This document shows, piece by piece, positions 8,851 through 19,730 of a stretch of 64,000 nucleotides of DNA (within the stretch, counting starts at the first letter, position 1; the number at the start of each line of letters is the position of its first letter). Source of the stretch: a virus; IMG/VR virus record IMGVR_UViG_3300028534_000013, positions 57,868 through 121,867 of that record; one strand, 5' to 3'. Under the pieces are notes generated by a model that ran no database searches, was not told the origin of the DNA, and saw nothing but the letters and a program-made list of their open reading frames with translations. The position numbers were made by a program, and so were the translations under genes.

Positions 8851-10141
8851 ATATATAGACGCACAAATCGAATATGCTGAAGCTGAAAAAGAAATATGTC
8901 CCAATGGAAGATGTTCAATTGTTAAAACAGCGTCCGAAAGACCAGAAATATTTAATGATATTAAAATCAAAAAAAACCATGCATATTTGTATGTTATAGC
9001 TATGGGGGCAGGTGATTTTTATGGCGAAAATAAGAACGGAGATTTTTTTTGGGAAAAAGATTTAAAACAATATTACACTAAATTTTTGACTTCCGGGGTA
9101 TTTATTCAGCATGATAACAAAGACCCTTCAAAAAGCATTGGTAAAGTACTCAAAGCAATTTATAATGATGATATGCATAGAGTAGAACTGCTTATAGAAA
9201 TAAAAAAAGAATTGGCGCCTGATATTTATTACGCTATAGAAAATGGAGAAAGAATAGCGGTCTCTATGGGGACCAAAGTTACCGAAGAGCATTGCTCTTA
9301 TTGCGGACATGTAACAAAAGATAGCCTGGCAAACAGATGTGAGCACTTAAAATATATGATGCACCAAATTATGCCAAATGGTGTAAAAGTTTTTGCAGTC
9401 AACCATCCGCCTTTGAATTTTTTTGATATCTCTGTAGTTAGAAAACCGGCCGACACTCAAGGATATGCCTTGTTTCAAAAAGTTGCATCAGATAACAACG
9501 AGAGTCAAAAATCAAAAAAAATGGCTCTTTCTAAAATAGCTGAGCTTAAAAAAAGAATTGACGCATGGTCAGTTTCAAATCCTCTTAGCCATTCAGATGT
9601 TAAGGAAATGAAGCAAATACCAATGCCTGTTTTAAGTAATTTTGTCAAAGCTAATGATATTTTATTGAGACCGTCAGAGATAATAAGCTTATTAAGCAAT
9701 ATAGACGAACATACATATTATTCTATAACCAAACACGACACTCTTGAAACTATGATTAAATTATTGTCTTTACTTGAGGGTTGCGACCAACGTCCTACAG
9801 GGCCAGTTATAAAGCTTGCGTCAGAAGACAAATACCCGGTTTTAAATAAATTAAAACATAGAGAAATTTTAATAAAAGAAGCAATGAATCAAATGGAAGC
9901 AGAAAATATGGATGCATTTGGAAATAAAAGAATAAGGCTGACTAAAAAACATAAAACTACATCATACCCATACAATGAATATGCCGGAATAAGAATTAAC
10001 TTAAACAATGGAGATAGTGTAACCGTTCAAGAACACATATTTAATGATGTTTTTGACGCTTTCAAAGATAGCGGAGCAATTGATTCCGTGTACGGTATAT
10101 TGCCTAATGGAACTGAAAAAATAATAGCTGTTCAAAGGTAA
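8825..10141 (+). CDS. Phage prohead (head maturation) protease with Zn-binding insert
   Basis: GENKNGDFF, FIQHDNKDP, AVSMGTKV, CSYCG...CEHL and FFDISVVRKPAD motifs, matching the HK97/assemblin-like phage protease layout. Confidence 0.75.
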   Translation: MKENVMLTKYIDAQIEYAEAEKEICPNGRCSIVKTASERPEIFNDIKIKKNHAYLYVIAMGAGDFYGENKNGDFFWEKDLKQYYTKFLTSGVFIQHDNKDPSKSIGKVLKAIYNDDMHRVELLIEIKKELAPDIYYAIENGERIAVSMGTKVTEEHCSYCGHVTKDSLANRCEHLKYMMHQIMPNGVKVFAVNHPPLNFFDISVVRKPADTQGYALFQKVASDNNESQKSKKMALSKIAELKKRIDAWSVSNPLSHSDVKEMKQIPMPVLSNFVKANDILLRPSEIISLLSNIDEHTYYSITKHDTLETMIKLLSLLEGCDQRPTGPVIKLASEDKYPVLNKLKHREILIKEAMNQMEAENMDAFGNKRIRLTKKHKTTSYPYNEYAGIRINLNNGDSVTVQEHIFNDVFDAFKDSGAIDSVYGILPNGTEKIIAVQR

Positions 10142-10144
10142 TCA

Positions 10145-11320
10145 GTGGGTAAAAAGATTGGTTTAGGAAAAATAGTAAATATATTTATAGACCCTACAAA
10201 CACAATAAGAGCTAAAGTGAAGTTAGATAGCGGCGGATATATAAAGGTTGCGCTAGGGTCTGAGAAAATAAATGAAGGCGATATAGTATATGTTTTAAAA
10301 GATAACCTTGGTAGGTATTACATTACACATAAAGCGTCCTATAGTCAAACATTGTTTACTTATATAGAATCCCCATTTTATACAACTGTCGCCGGTGATT
10401 TTGTTACAGGTGTAACTTTACTTGATATAGGAAATGACAGTTTTGTTATAAATTTTGATTTGTTAAATTCCGGTTCTTTAGTGGTAGGTTCGGATATTGC
10501 GTACTTAGGCGTTGACTATGCCAATTATATAGTAATGAAAAGCGATTTGACTATTAGAAAATTTGAAAATGGAACGTTGATAGAGGGCCCTTTAGTGAAG
10601 GGTTTTTCCTTTGATAAAAAAATTTCATTTGAATTCTTAATAGGAAAAGTCAGGGACGACTTGCTACACTTGGATGCTATACAAGATATTGGAAAAATAA
10701 TATTCAAATCAACAACCCCTTTTGCTGAAATAATGGGTAGATACGGGGCTCAATTAATATCGGTATCTGATATATACAAAATAAAAGGAACTGGAGTAGG
10801 CTCTTATATTGAATTAATAACAATAAACCCATCTTTCGCATCAGATTATTTAGATGATGTTAAAACCAGCTTTTCAATGTTAACTGAAAAGTTAAGCATA
10901 TTCGGAATAAAAACTGATATGATAATTGAATTTGATATGGTGTTATCAGAAAAAACTTATGATTCAAATATTTTAATTTCATTTTTTGGAAAAAATTATT
11001 ATATTACATATTTTAAAGCTATAACTATTGACGGAAATATTATTGAAATAACGACAAAACATATTAAATTAAACAATACAGATGTTTTAAAAACAAATAC
11101 CGCCGAAATGAGATTTGATAAAATTTTTGTAAACAACGCTTTCTATGTTAACGAAGGAGAAACTTCTTTAGCAATATTAAACCCAAAACTAACATTACTG
11201 TTAAGAGATGCAGTATTGTCAGTTGATAAATATGAAATCACAGCTACAGATTATATAGACATGCATGTGGGCAACAAAGGTTTTTATATAGATATATATG
11301 GTACTAGCTCTCATCATTGA
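10145..11320 (+). CDS. Putative baseplate protein (N-terminal OB-like, beta-rich)
   Basis: GKIVNIFID...RAKVKLDSGG N-terminus; structural neighbourhood. Confidence 0.45.
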   Translation: MGKKIGLGKIVNIFIDPTNTIRAKVKLDSGGYIKVALGSEKINEGDIVYVLKDNLGRYYITHKASYSQTLFTYIESPFYTTVAGDFVTGVTLLDIGNDSFVINFDLLNSGSLVVGSDIAYLGVDYANYIVMKSDLTIRKFENGTLIEGPLVKGFSFDKKISFEFLIGKVRDDLLHLDAIQDIGKIIFKSTTPFAEIMGRYGAQLISVSDIYKIKGTGVGSYIELITINPSFASDYLDDVKTSFSMLTEKLSIFGIKTDMIIEFDMVLSEKTYDSNILISFFGKNYYITYFKAITIDGNIIEITTKHIKLNNTDVLKTNTAEMRFDKIFVNNAFYVNEGETSLAILNPKLTLLLRDAVLSVDKYEITATDYIDMHVGNKGFYIDIYGTSSHH

Positions 11321-11404
11321 TAATTCACTTATTTTATAAAAAAATTTTACTTTCTTTTTTTATATCTATAAAATAATAATGAAAAACAAACCAAAGGAGA
11401 TATT

Positions 11405-12091
11405 ATGAGTGAAATTCAAACACTTTTACAACTTGTTGCAAAGCATTTCGGTTGGCAAGTTGGGGACAAAATAAGAACCGAAATAAACAATGTCCTTTCA
11501 TTGGAAAATGTAGACATTCAAGAGCTTCAAAATAGAATTAAAACAATTGAAAGCATTCTTGACGCAGACCCGGACACAGAAGAGTTTGATGTTGCGCAAA
11601 ACATTATAACTCAAATTACAAACATCTTAACAAGACTTACAAACGTTGAAAATGACGTTTCAGACCTTAAAACAAGAATGTCAAACGTCGAATCTAAAAA
11701 CCAAGAACAAGACGGTAGATTAGACAACATAGAGAACCAATTGTCAAACCTAGCATCAAATGACGCAATTTCAAGTCTTCAGCAAGACGTTGACAACCTT
11801 GAAACGGAAGTTACAAATATAAACAATAACCTTACAGATGTAACTAACAGAGTAGACGCTATAGAAAGCGGCAAAGCTGATAAATCTTATGTTGATGAAA
11901 CGTTTGTAACAAAAGCAAGTATTACAGCTGTTGATGCAGAAGCTTTGGCGAACGTGTTCAGAGCGGCAATGGATTGCGGATATGCGGGAACAGCTTTAGA
12001 TGATTGCAATACTAACTCAAGTTCTTCATCTTCAACTGGAAGCTCAAATGGAAGCTCTGACGGTTCTACAGGAGACGGGGCAGTAATCTAG
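11405..12091 (+). CDS. Long coiled-coil protein with Ser/Gly tail (fibre/fibritin-like)
   Basis: Heptad repeats (LTNVENDVSDLKTRMSNVE...) and C-terminal SSSSSSTGSSNGSSDGSTGDG. Confidence 0.65.
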   Translation: MSEIQTLLQLVAKHFGWQVGDKIRTEINNVLSLENVDIQELQNRIKTIESILDADPDTEEFDVAQNIITQITNILTRLTNVENDVSDLKTRMSNVESKNQEQDGRLDNIENQLSNLASNDAISSLQQDVDNLETEVTNINNNLTDVTNRVDAIESGKADKSYVDETFVTKASITAVDAEALANVFRAAMDCGYAGTALDDCNTNSSSSSSTGSSNGSSDGSTGDGAVI

Positions 12092-12140
12092 TTGATTTTC
12101 CCCTTTCTTTTTTTGTATAATGCCTTTAAAAAGGCAGCCT

Positions 12141-12566
12141 ATGAAAATACCATCTAAAAAACCTCTTACTGAAAAACAAATTCAAAACATGATTATCAGG
12201 TATCTTGAATGGAGAAAAGATATATTTTTTTGGAGACAAAACTCTGGCTCTTTCACTGAAAAAGCAAAATCTGTGCTAAGTAAAATAATAAATTCAACAC
12301 CAGGATTAACGCCTGCTATAAAAGCGAGACTCATAGGTTCTTTTTATAGACAAATAGGACACTATGATTGTGCGAGCGTTAAGGGTCTCCCTGATATTGT
12401 TGCAATACAAAACGGAAAATTTATAGGGTTTGAAGTAAAAACTAAAACAGGTAGACAAAGAGAAACTCAGAAAAATGTTCAAGCTAAGATAGAAAAAGCC
12501 GGTGGTAAATATTATATAGTGAGAAGTGTAGATGAAGTAAAGGAGATATTGGACAAAAGCGAATAA
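12141..12566 (+). CDS. VRR-NUC family nuclease
   Basis: EKQIQNMII...WRQNSG...GLPDI...FEVKT..GRQRETQ...GGKYYIVRSVDEV. Start moved to the second ATG (AAAAGG RBS; the first ATG overlaps a TATAAT box). Confidence 0.88.
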   Translation: MKIPSKKPLTEKQIQNMIIRYLEWRKDIFFWRQNSGSFTEKAKSVLSKIINSTPGLTPAIKARLIGSFYRQIGHYDCASVKGLPDIVAIQNGKFIGFEVKTKTGRQRETQKNVQAKIEKAGGKYYIVRSVDEVKEILDKSE

Positions 12567-12569
12567 ACT

Positions 12570-12578
12570 TGTTACAAT
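12570..12578 (+). promoter_or_regulatory. Extended -10 promoter TGTTACAAT
   Basis: TG-n-TACAAT about 25 nt upstream of the 12603 start, followed by an AAGGAG RBS. Confidence 0.6.
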
Positions 12579-12602
12579 TAAAAAAAATTACAAGGAGCAT
12601 CT

Positions 12603-13241
12603 ATGAGTTTTATAGAAAAAGTGGCTAGTTATTTTCAAACTTATGAAAATTCTTCAGCTAAAGAAGGTTTGTTGAAAATAGCAGCTGAGGATGGAGTTAC
12701 AGCTGACGATTTAGTTGCGTATCATAATTTGGTATATGGCAACATTTTTACTGGTAAAAACCTTTTAAAAACAGCAAGTGAAAATCCGGAAAGTAAAATC
12801 ATTGCTATCGGAACAGCGTTCGATAAAGTGGCAAGTGGAGAAATGACTCCAGAAGAAGTGGTGGCCTATGCAAACGAATTAGGTATGACAAAAGAAGATG
12901 TTGATTTTATCTATGCACAGATAGAAAAACAAGCGCAAGAGGCAGGAGTTATTGAATCTGAATCAAATGAAAACGATGAAGAGTTGACTGATAAAGTGGC
13001 TGAAGCAATGGATTTTCTTGATGCGAACGGAATTGACCCTATCAGCGGATTAATAATCGCTGCTAATGTTAATGAAGAAGGGTTGATTGCTGACGAGAAA
13101 GTTGCAGAAGAGGCAGTTGAAGCTGGTTTTACTGAGGAAGATTTAACAAAAATTGCAGAAGTGGTTGAGTTTTTAGGGTCTGTAGATGAAAAAGTTCTAG
13201 CTACCGCTGAAGAATTATTTGCAGCAGCGCACCAGGAATAA
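12603..13241 (+). CDS. Acidic K-x-A repeat protein (scaffold/internal head protein candidate)
   Basis: 8 of its 13 lysines are in K-x-A (KVA, KIA, KTA, KVA, KQA, KVA, KVA, KIA). Confidence 0.7.
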   Translation: MSFIEKVASYFQTYENSSAKEGLLKIAAEDGVTADDLVAYHNLVYGNIFTGKNLLKTASENPESKIIAIGTAFDKVASGEMTPEEVVAYANELGMTKEDVDFIYAQIEKQAQEAGVIESESNENDEELTDKVAEAMDFLDANGIDPISGLIIAANVNEEGLIADEKVAEEAVEAGFTEEDLTKIAEVVEFLGSVDEKVLATAEELFAAAHQE

Positions 13242-13322
13242 TCTACTCCCTCTCTTTCTTTTTTACTATCAAATTTCACTTATCTATCTTTTTTTAGTAT
13301 AATTAACAAAAAAAGGACTGTT

Positions 13323-14285
13323 ATGTATCCAATAGAGGAATTAGCAAGTCAAATAGTAAACTCAGATGATGTTGTTGCAGAATTTGCAAAAGTTGCAAGC
13401 GACATGGATGATAGATGGAAGGTTACTTTAGCTAGAGAGGTAAACAAACAAAATTTTTTAAAAAAATTGCAAGAATCCGATTTGAATTCCGATATAAAAT
13501 TTGATGTTGTTGAGACACCTGAGATGTCTAAAATAGCTTGTGATAAAGAAAAAAAAGAGTCACAAAAAATAACTAAAACAGCTTCAGTTAATAAACAAAT
13601 AAGCATTGAGAAAAAAGCACAAATATTGCCTTCTATGTTCGTTATCAAACAAAATGAATCACTATACAGAGAAAAAATTTCTTCAGGATACGTGTGTAGA
13701 GAGTCTCTAACAAAAGAAGCTGAGGAAGCTATCAATGATGAACTTGCTTATGAAATTAAAGATAAAATAGCTGAAGAAGAAAAAGAAAAGAACAGGTTGT
13801 TGTTTGAGGCAAATATGGCAAAAGAAAAACTTCTTGACAAAATAGCCTCTTTAACGGATATGGAATCTGAAATGAGAACTGTAATAAAAGCGTTAGTCAA
13901 GTCTAATATGGAAAAATATGCCGAAGATATTTTGATGAGGAGCAATATAAGAACAGATATGCTGTCAAAAGTGGCAAGTGAAAATTTGCATCTTGAAAAA
14001 GAAGCCAAACTATATGATGCTATAGATAAATTAGCTAAAATTGATGAGCTTATTGAGAAAAAAGCTTTCGGGCCTTTAGCTAGAATTGTTACAACCATAA
14101 TAGGTAAAGGGTTGAATTTAGCAGGGACAGGGATTGCTTATGGAGCAAAAGGTGCAGCAACAGTCACCAAAGGGTTGGCTAGAACAGCAGTTAAACACCC
14201 TATCGCAACATCTGCTGTTATGGCAGGCTTTAAAACATCAGATAAATCTACTGACCACGTAAAAAATATAGTATTAGGATATTAA
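13323..14285 (+). CDS. K-x-A repeat protein with Gly/Ala-rich C-terminus
   Basis: At least 12 K-x-A motifs, then KKAFGPLARIVTTIIGKGLNLAGTGIAYGAKG. Confidence 0.7.
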   Translation: MYPIEELASQIVNSDDVVAEFAKVASDMDDRWKVTLAREVNKQNFLKKLQESDLNSDIKFDVVETPEMSKIACDKEKKESQKITKTASVNKQISIEKKAQILPSMFVIKQNESLYREKISSGYVCRESLTKEAEEAINDELAYEIKDKIAEEEKEKNRLLFEANMAKEKLLDKIASLTDMESEMRTVIKALVKSNMEKYAEDILMRSNIRTDMLSKVASENLHLEKEAKLYDAIDKLAKIDELIEKKAFGPLARIVTTIIGKGLNLAGTGIAYGAKGAATVTKGLARTAVKHPIATSAVMAGFKTSDKSTDHVKNIVLGY

Positions 14286-14286
14286 G

Positions 14287-15522
14287 ATGTTGGAAAGTTT
14301 TAATTCTTTAATTTCTACACAATTTAAGGAAGCGGTTTTAAATACCACCAGAAAAGAGGTTAATAATATTGTGGATACCTCAACTATGACAGATGAACAA
14401 AAAGAGGCAATAGAAACTTTTTTTGTCCAACCTCTGTTTTGGTCTAAATTGTATTTTTTTTCAGGAATATATTTTCAGTATAACGAGACTGATATTACAT
14501 CAACAATCATGAATCCAAATATTTCAGATGAAGACAAAAAGTATTTTATTGACACGTTGTTAATAAAACTTGGCATTGAAAGTACCGGCGACATAAACAA
14601 AGACGCCCAATTGATTTTAAATAAACTTTTTTATACCAATGAAGTAAAAACAACAGAAATTTCTTCACTGCTTTCAAATAGTGAAATAAAAACAATACAA
14701 TTTAGTCCAAACCTTATTCATTTTTGCAATGAATTGTCGCAATATGCATATGATAATTTTAAAGATTTATATTTAGCTGAAAATTTAAAAAGCTTATTTT
14801 TCATATCAGAAATAGCAGACGGAGCTGTATCTTTTGACAAAATAAATGAATATTTCAGCACAAAACAATCTACTCATCATTATAATTCAGCAGCACTATA
14901 TACTAGCAATAGTACCATAGTAAAAGATTCTCAAACTATTTATGTATCAGATGGTGATGTTAAAACTGTTTCCATTGACGGAATGTTTTTTGATATTAAA
15001 ATTACAGCCGACAATAATGAAAATCTAAAAATAAGCTTTACTGATAACAATTTTATAGGAAATGAGAAAAAGGAATATTTATTAACATTAATAGGACCTA
15101 TAAATATAACTATAGACTTATATGGAAGTAAAATTTCTGATAATACAGCATCTGAAATAAATTCAGTTCTTAAAGAATACGATTATAAAATAATGGCTCC
15201 TTTTAAAATAGAAGCTGAAATAACAGTAACCAATGAAAATAACTTAGAAAATTTATACGAATTGACTAATTTTAATAATTATAATGATTTTTTTGAAAAA
15301 ATAAAAACTTGTGCCAACGAATTAATTTTAAACAAAAACATGATTACAGATTATGTTGCAAATATATTTTTGAATCCTTTTGTATTTAAGTCTATTAACT
15401 TTAATTATTTAGGAATTCCTTTTGATAAAACTAAAATAACATCAAATATAAACAAAGACAATTGTTTAATTAAAATTAGTAAAATAACAGTCAAGGAAAC
15501 AGGCAATGTTTACTCCTTTTAG
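14287..15522 (+). CDS. Hypothetical structural protein (baseplate-like)
   Basis: 411-aa ORF coupled within a structural operon. Confidence 0.55.
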   Translation: MLESFNSLISTQFKEAVLNTTRKEVNNIVDTSTMTDEQKEAIETFFVQPLFWSKLYFFSGIYFQYNETDITSTIMNPNISDEDKKYFIDTLLIKLGIESTGDINKDAQLILNKLFYTNEVKTTEISSLLSNSEIKTIQFSPNLIHFCNELSQYAYDNFKDLYLAENLKSLFFISEIADGAVSFDKINEYFSTKQSTHHYNSAALYTSNSTIVKDSQTIYVSDGDVKTVSIDGMFFDIKITADNNENLKISFTDNNFIGNEKKEYLLTLIGPINITIDLYGSKISDNTASEINSVLKEYDYKIMAPFKIEAEITVTNENNLENLYELTNFNNYNDFFEKIKTCANELILNKNMITDYVANIFLNPFVFKSINFNYLGIPFDKTKITSNINKDNCLIKISKITVKETGNVYSF

Positions 15523-16213
15523 CATTGTGTATGGCAGTTACTCTGATAACATAGAACTTGATGGGGATATATCAAAAATATCACAATTGTATAATTCTCT
15601 AACAGAGATACAATATATTAATTACTCAAATAATGATTTTTTTATTCTGCCAACATATATAGAAGATATTGATACAGATAACTTTACTTTAAAAGACGCT
15701 TTTGGAAATGAAATAGATTCAGTTACGGGATATTTTAATGAAAATAACGTTTTAGTTGAATCAAACATAACTTTTCCTGCTAATAAAAACGATTATCCAG
15801 ATTTTTACAGCTTAAAAGGATTTGTTGCATATGCGAAAATACCAAATAATAAACAATTAAAAATAATTCCAATTTTTAAAAACAAAGAACAATATTGTGT
15901 TTTTGACAAAATTCTTCTCAATAGAATGGAATTGTTTTTAAATTATTTATTTGGGTGTGTTTATTCAACATTAGATGATAAAATCACAGAAATAGGAGAC
16001 GGTTATATTAAAGTAGGAGAAACTGCTTTTAATGTTGACAACGATTTAATATGCGTAAATGTTGATGACATAGTTAATAAAGGCGATTTGCTTGAAAAAA
16101 ATTTTTCATTTTCAAAACATGAAGGAATCATAGTTTTATCATATAAAAAAGATTTCACTTTCCCTATAAACATGGTGTTGCCTTTTGAGAAAATAAAAAT
16201 TGTTAAGGAATAA
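15506..16213 (+). CDS. Hypothetical structural protein
   Basis: 235-aa ORF overlapping the upstream gene. Confidence 0.6.
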   Translation: MFTPFSIVYGSYSDNIELDGDISKISQLYNSLTEIQYINYSNNDFFILPTYIEDIDTDNFTLKDAFGNEIDSVTGYFNENNVLVESNITFPANKNDYPDFYSLKGFVAYAKIPNNKQLKIIPIFKNKEQYCVFDKILLNRMELFLNYLFGCVYSTLDDKITEIGDGYIKVGETAFNVDNDLICVNVDDIVNKGDLLEKNFSFSKHEGIIVLSYKKDFTFPINMVLPFEKIKIVKE

Positions 16214-16215
16214 GA

Positions 16216-19200
16216 ATGTATTCTCCGTTTGCGTATGACCCATATGAAACCACAGGAAGCTCTTATTATTCTCCTTTATCCGGTTATTTAGCCGCCCCTC
16301 ACGTATTTAATCCGTCTACTTATGGACAATACGCTCCTGACACAATGGCTATGATGAGAACTCCTTACGGAGGAGCTTTCCAAACTCCTATGTCAAACAA
16401 CTATTACGGGACCATGATTGCTCATCCGTTTAAATCGTTTTTAACTTATAAGCTGCCTATATTTATGGCGCCCGCAGGATTAAATCCGGTTCTATTTAAT
16501 AATTATGAAAGCGAAGCTAAAGCTCAAGGGGCTATGGGGGCTACCGGATTTGCTGTAGGAACAGGAATGTCTATGGCTTTAGGTGCTGTAGGGGCTTCTT
16601 TTGGTGGTCCTATCGGAGCTATTGCTGGGTCTTTGCTAGGGGACGCTTTAGGAAGCACTATAATGGCCCCTCTTAATACTGCAGCCGGAAGAATTATACA
16701 AACTCATGAGGCTGCTAATTTACTTAATGTTGTTGGGGCAGGCAACAATGGTTTTGGAATAAGCATGGGACAAGCTACTAAACTATATAAAGATTTTACA
16801 TCTTCAGCTGTTGACCACCCTAGATTTTCACCAGAAGAACAACAGCTCACATTCAATGAGTTAGCAAGAAATTCAATGATAGATGATAGCGGAGATTTTG
16901 GTGAAGTTGAAATGAATGTTAAAAAAATGAAAAATATTGTAGAAAAATTAAGAGATTTATTTAACGGTAGCATAAAACAAACCATTCAAGCTTTAAGACA
17001 ATTAAATTTAACAGGAATAAGTTCTGAAGATTTTGTTCATGTTACAGCGGCTGCAGGAGTAGCAGCTGCAAATAAAGGACAAACTACAGCTGATTATATT
17101 AACAATGCAGTAAACACATCTCAAATAACTGCTGGTCAAACAGGATTTTCCAAAGGAACGATGTTTGAATTAAAAACAATGCTTGATAGTACTACAGATA
17201 TTGTTGGTAACGCTGTAGAACAATATTACAAAAAAGGTCTATCCAATAAAGATAGGGTTGAAAAATTTCAAACAGATTTTGTAAGAAGTATGTCCGTATT
17301 AGGTATGCACGGAGATATTTTATTAGCAAACAAATCAATGTCTCCTCAACAATATGTTTTAACAGCACTAGAAGCTGGCATACAAAAGTACAATAAAGAC
17401 ACAGGTGAACATTTAACCTTAAGAGATGTAATCAATAATAAACAGCTTCAAGAAAAGATAATGGATAGATACGGGGTTAAAGAGCTTCGAAAACTAGAGC
17501 AACAATACAATGGAGATTATAGTAAAATTTTTAAACATTTGGCAGACAAAGACAATAGTTATTATTACGATGTTTTAGATTTTCGTAGAACAGCCAACGA
17601 TTTAAAAAGAATGGACAGTAAAAAAGTATTAAACCTTATAAGTGACTATTGGCCCCATATGAGTAGTAAATTAAAAGACTTATTAGTACATAAAAAACTT
17701 GGAATGCTTAACCCAGAAGAATATGATTCTACGTTAAAAATGTTAAATATATACAACAATAATCCAGATTTGTTTGGAAAAATATTCAACACAAGCGAGC
17801 AAAGAACTGAAAACGCAATAGCTAAAGATAGATGGCAAAGACTAAAAGCTGAAAACAGTTTTCAAGCTGTATTTAGAAGAGTGAAATATAAATTTCAAGA
17901 AACTATGGCGGATATGGTTTCTTGGATACCTGGATTTGGTGACGATGAAACATTTAAACCGTTAAACACAAAAGTGGCACAAGGTAAAATAAGTAAATAC
18001 TATAATGTTTTAAACAAAATGGGTACCGCTAAATTGGATGATATGTTAGTGCAAGGATATTTTCCTAGTTCTTTTGAAGGAAATGTGTTTAGTGCGTTAA
18101 GAAGAACGTTTATCGGTAGCGGAAATGAAAGAGATGTAAGTAACAGAATGCAAGATTTACTAGGCGGACAATGGTTTTCTTACAATAGAGAAGATTTTCC
18201 TCACATATGGGCTGCAGCCAAACACAGAAGAAGGGCAATGGAAGATATGTATCACACAGTTGAATTATGGTCAAAAGGAGATATTGGAGCAACTGCAAAA
18301 TTGGCGACATATTTTTCTAAAAAAAGAACTGAAGATGAAACCAATCTAGCTTTTACAGGCATTGGGGCTACTGATGAATTTAAAAATTATTTTAAAAAAT
18401 TAACACAAACAATAACAGAAATAAATAACGCAATGAAAGAAGCTAAAGCAAAAATAGGTGAAGCACAATTCAACATTATGAATAGTAACGATGTAAGAGA
18501 AGATTTACTTAAAAAATTAAACTATAATGGCTCTTATGAGGAAATGATACAAAAAGCGCATGAAGATAAAAAATTAAAAAATAAAATAATAAAAACATAT
18601 GAAGAAGTTGGACTTAGTCAGGAGCAAGCAAACGCTTTATATAATTATGAATATAGTAAAATAAAAAAACAAAAAACCGTTAACGAGATGAAAACTATAT
18701 ATACAGCTGACGAAGCCGGAACAGTTGGTATACTTAGGCAAATGGGATATAAGGAAGATATAAAATACGATGATGTTAAAGATATATCAGAAGCATTAAA
18801 AACAAACCCTGTTTTTAAGAAAAAATTTATAGAATCATTAATGAAAAGCAATCATATAAGCAAAGAAGTAGCTACCAAAGTAGTTAATTATTTGGGTGAA
18901 TACGGAAATAAAGACTCCAATATTAGAGCTGATGTTTTATCGTTTAATCAAATTTCACAAGAAGATTATATGGAAGTATTCAAAAAAGACAACATTATTT
19001 CTAATATGTTTAAAAAGGGAGCAGCAGTAGAAACATTAAAAGCTATGCAGACCTATAAGAACAATTTTAATAAATTCTATAAAGGGATTAAAGTTTTGCA
19101 AGAGAATGAGGAATCAAACGATTATTATGGAAGTAGTGAAAACTCTAAAAAAATAATGAGTTTTATAACATCCGGAAAATATTTTGACAATAAAGAACAG

Positions 19201-19704
19201 CTTAGTGCTACACGTAAAGTATATGAGTCATTGAAAGAATATTTTGATAAAAACGGTAAGCTTGAATTTGGCGGCCGCACATACATGTCATTAAAAGAGT
19301 TTGTTTCAGATGAACGTGCTTTTAAATTATATACTAAAAAAATATTAAGTGCCGGATTTGCGTCTCAGATAAGCAAAAAACTTGGTATAGACGCATATAA
19401 AGACCCTGAAGATGTTATGAAGCTAATAAAGGGCGCTTTTAAATATGATGAACAGACAGGTAAATTTACACTTAAAAGCAAGGAAGAGTTAGATAAAAAT
19501 TTTAAAGATTTGCCAGGGTTGCTAAAAAAATTACATCTGGGAGATTCATACGCTGATTTAGGTAGAATAGAAAATCAATTAAATGGCGATAATAGTTTAA
19601 AACAGACAAATTCTTGGCTACAATCAATATACAGAGTATTGGAAGAAATCAAAAATGGAGACGATAAGAATTTAAAAATTAAAAATCCCCACATGAGACG
19701 TTAA
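16216..19704 (+). CDS. Tape measure-like protein
   Basis: 1162 aa, helical and low complexity, with a Gly/Ala-rich TM-like stretch (GMSMALGAVGASFGGPIGAIAGSLLG); close to a tail chaperone gene. Confidence 0.6.
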   Translation: MYSPFAYDPYETTGSSYYSPLSGYLAAPHVFNPSTYGQYAPDTMAMMRTPYGGAFQTPMSNNYYGTMIAHPFKSFLTYKLPIFMAPAGLNPVLFNNYESEAKAQGAMGATGFAVGTGMSMALGAVGASFGGPIGAIAGSLLGDALGSTIMAPLNTAAGRIIQTHEAANLLNVVGAGNNGFGISMGQATKLYKDFTSSAVDHPRFSPEEQQLTFNELARNSMIDDSGDFGEVEMNVKKMKNIVEKLRDLFNGSIKQTIQALRQLNLTGISSEDFVHVTAAAGVAAANKGQTTADYINNAVNTSQITAGQTGFSKGTMFELKTMLDSTTDIVGNAVEQYYKKGLSNKDRVEKFQTDFVRSMSVLGMHGDILLANKSMSPQQYVLTALEAGIQKYNKDTGEHLTLRDVINNKQLQEKIMDRYGVKELRKLEQQYNGDYSKIFKHLADKDNSYYYDVLDFRRTANDLKRMDSKKVLNLISDYWPHMSSKLKDLLVHKKLGMLNPEEYDSTLKMLNIYNNNPDLFGKIFNTSEQRTENAIAKDRWQRLKAENSFQAVFRRVKYKFQETMADMVSWIPGFGDDETFKPLNTKVAQGKISKYYNVLNKMGTAKLDDMLVQGYFPSSFEGNVFSALRRTFIGSGNERDVSNRMQDLLGGQWFSYNREDFPHIWAAAKHRRRAMEDMYHTVELWSKGDIGATAKLATYFSKKRTEDETNLAFTGIGATDEFKNYFKKLTQTITEINNAMKEAKAKIGEAQFNIMNSNDVREDLLKKLNYNGSYEEMIQKAHEDKKLKNKIIKTYEEVGLSQEQANALYNYEYSKIKKQKTVNEMKTIYTADEAGTVGILRQMGYKEDIKYDDVKDISEALKTNPVFKKKFIESLMKSNHISKEVATKVVNYLGEYGNKDSNIRADVLSFNQISQEDYMEVFKKDNIISNMFKKGAAVETLKAMQTYKNNFNKFYKGIKVLQENEESNDYYGSSENSKKIMSFITSGKYFDNKEQLSATRKVYESLKEYFDKNGKLEFGGRTYMSLKEFVSDERAFKLYTKKILSAGFASQISKKLGIDAYKDPEDVMKLIKGAFKYDEQTGKFTLKSKEELDKNFKDLPGLLKKLHLGDSYADLGRIENQLNGDNSLKQTNSWLQSIYRVLEEIKNGDDKNLKIKNPHMRR

Positions 19705-19730
19705 TTTTTTTGCTTTTTTTATTGATTTTT

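Noticed and set aside
12603-14285. Major capsid protein, portal or terminase calls
   Set aside because: No HK97-fold, portal or Walker/nuclease motifs were recognised; these genes are presumably outside the window.
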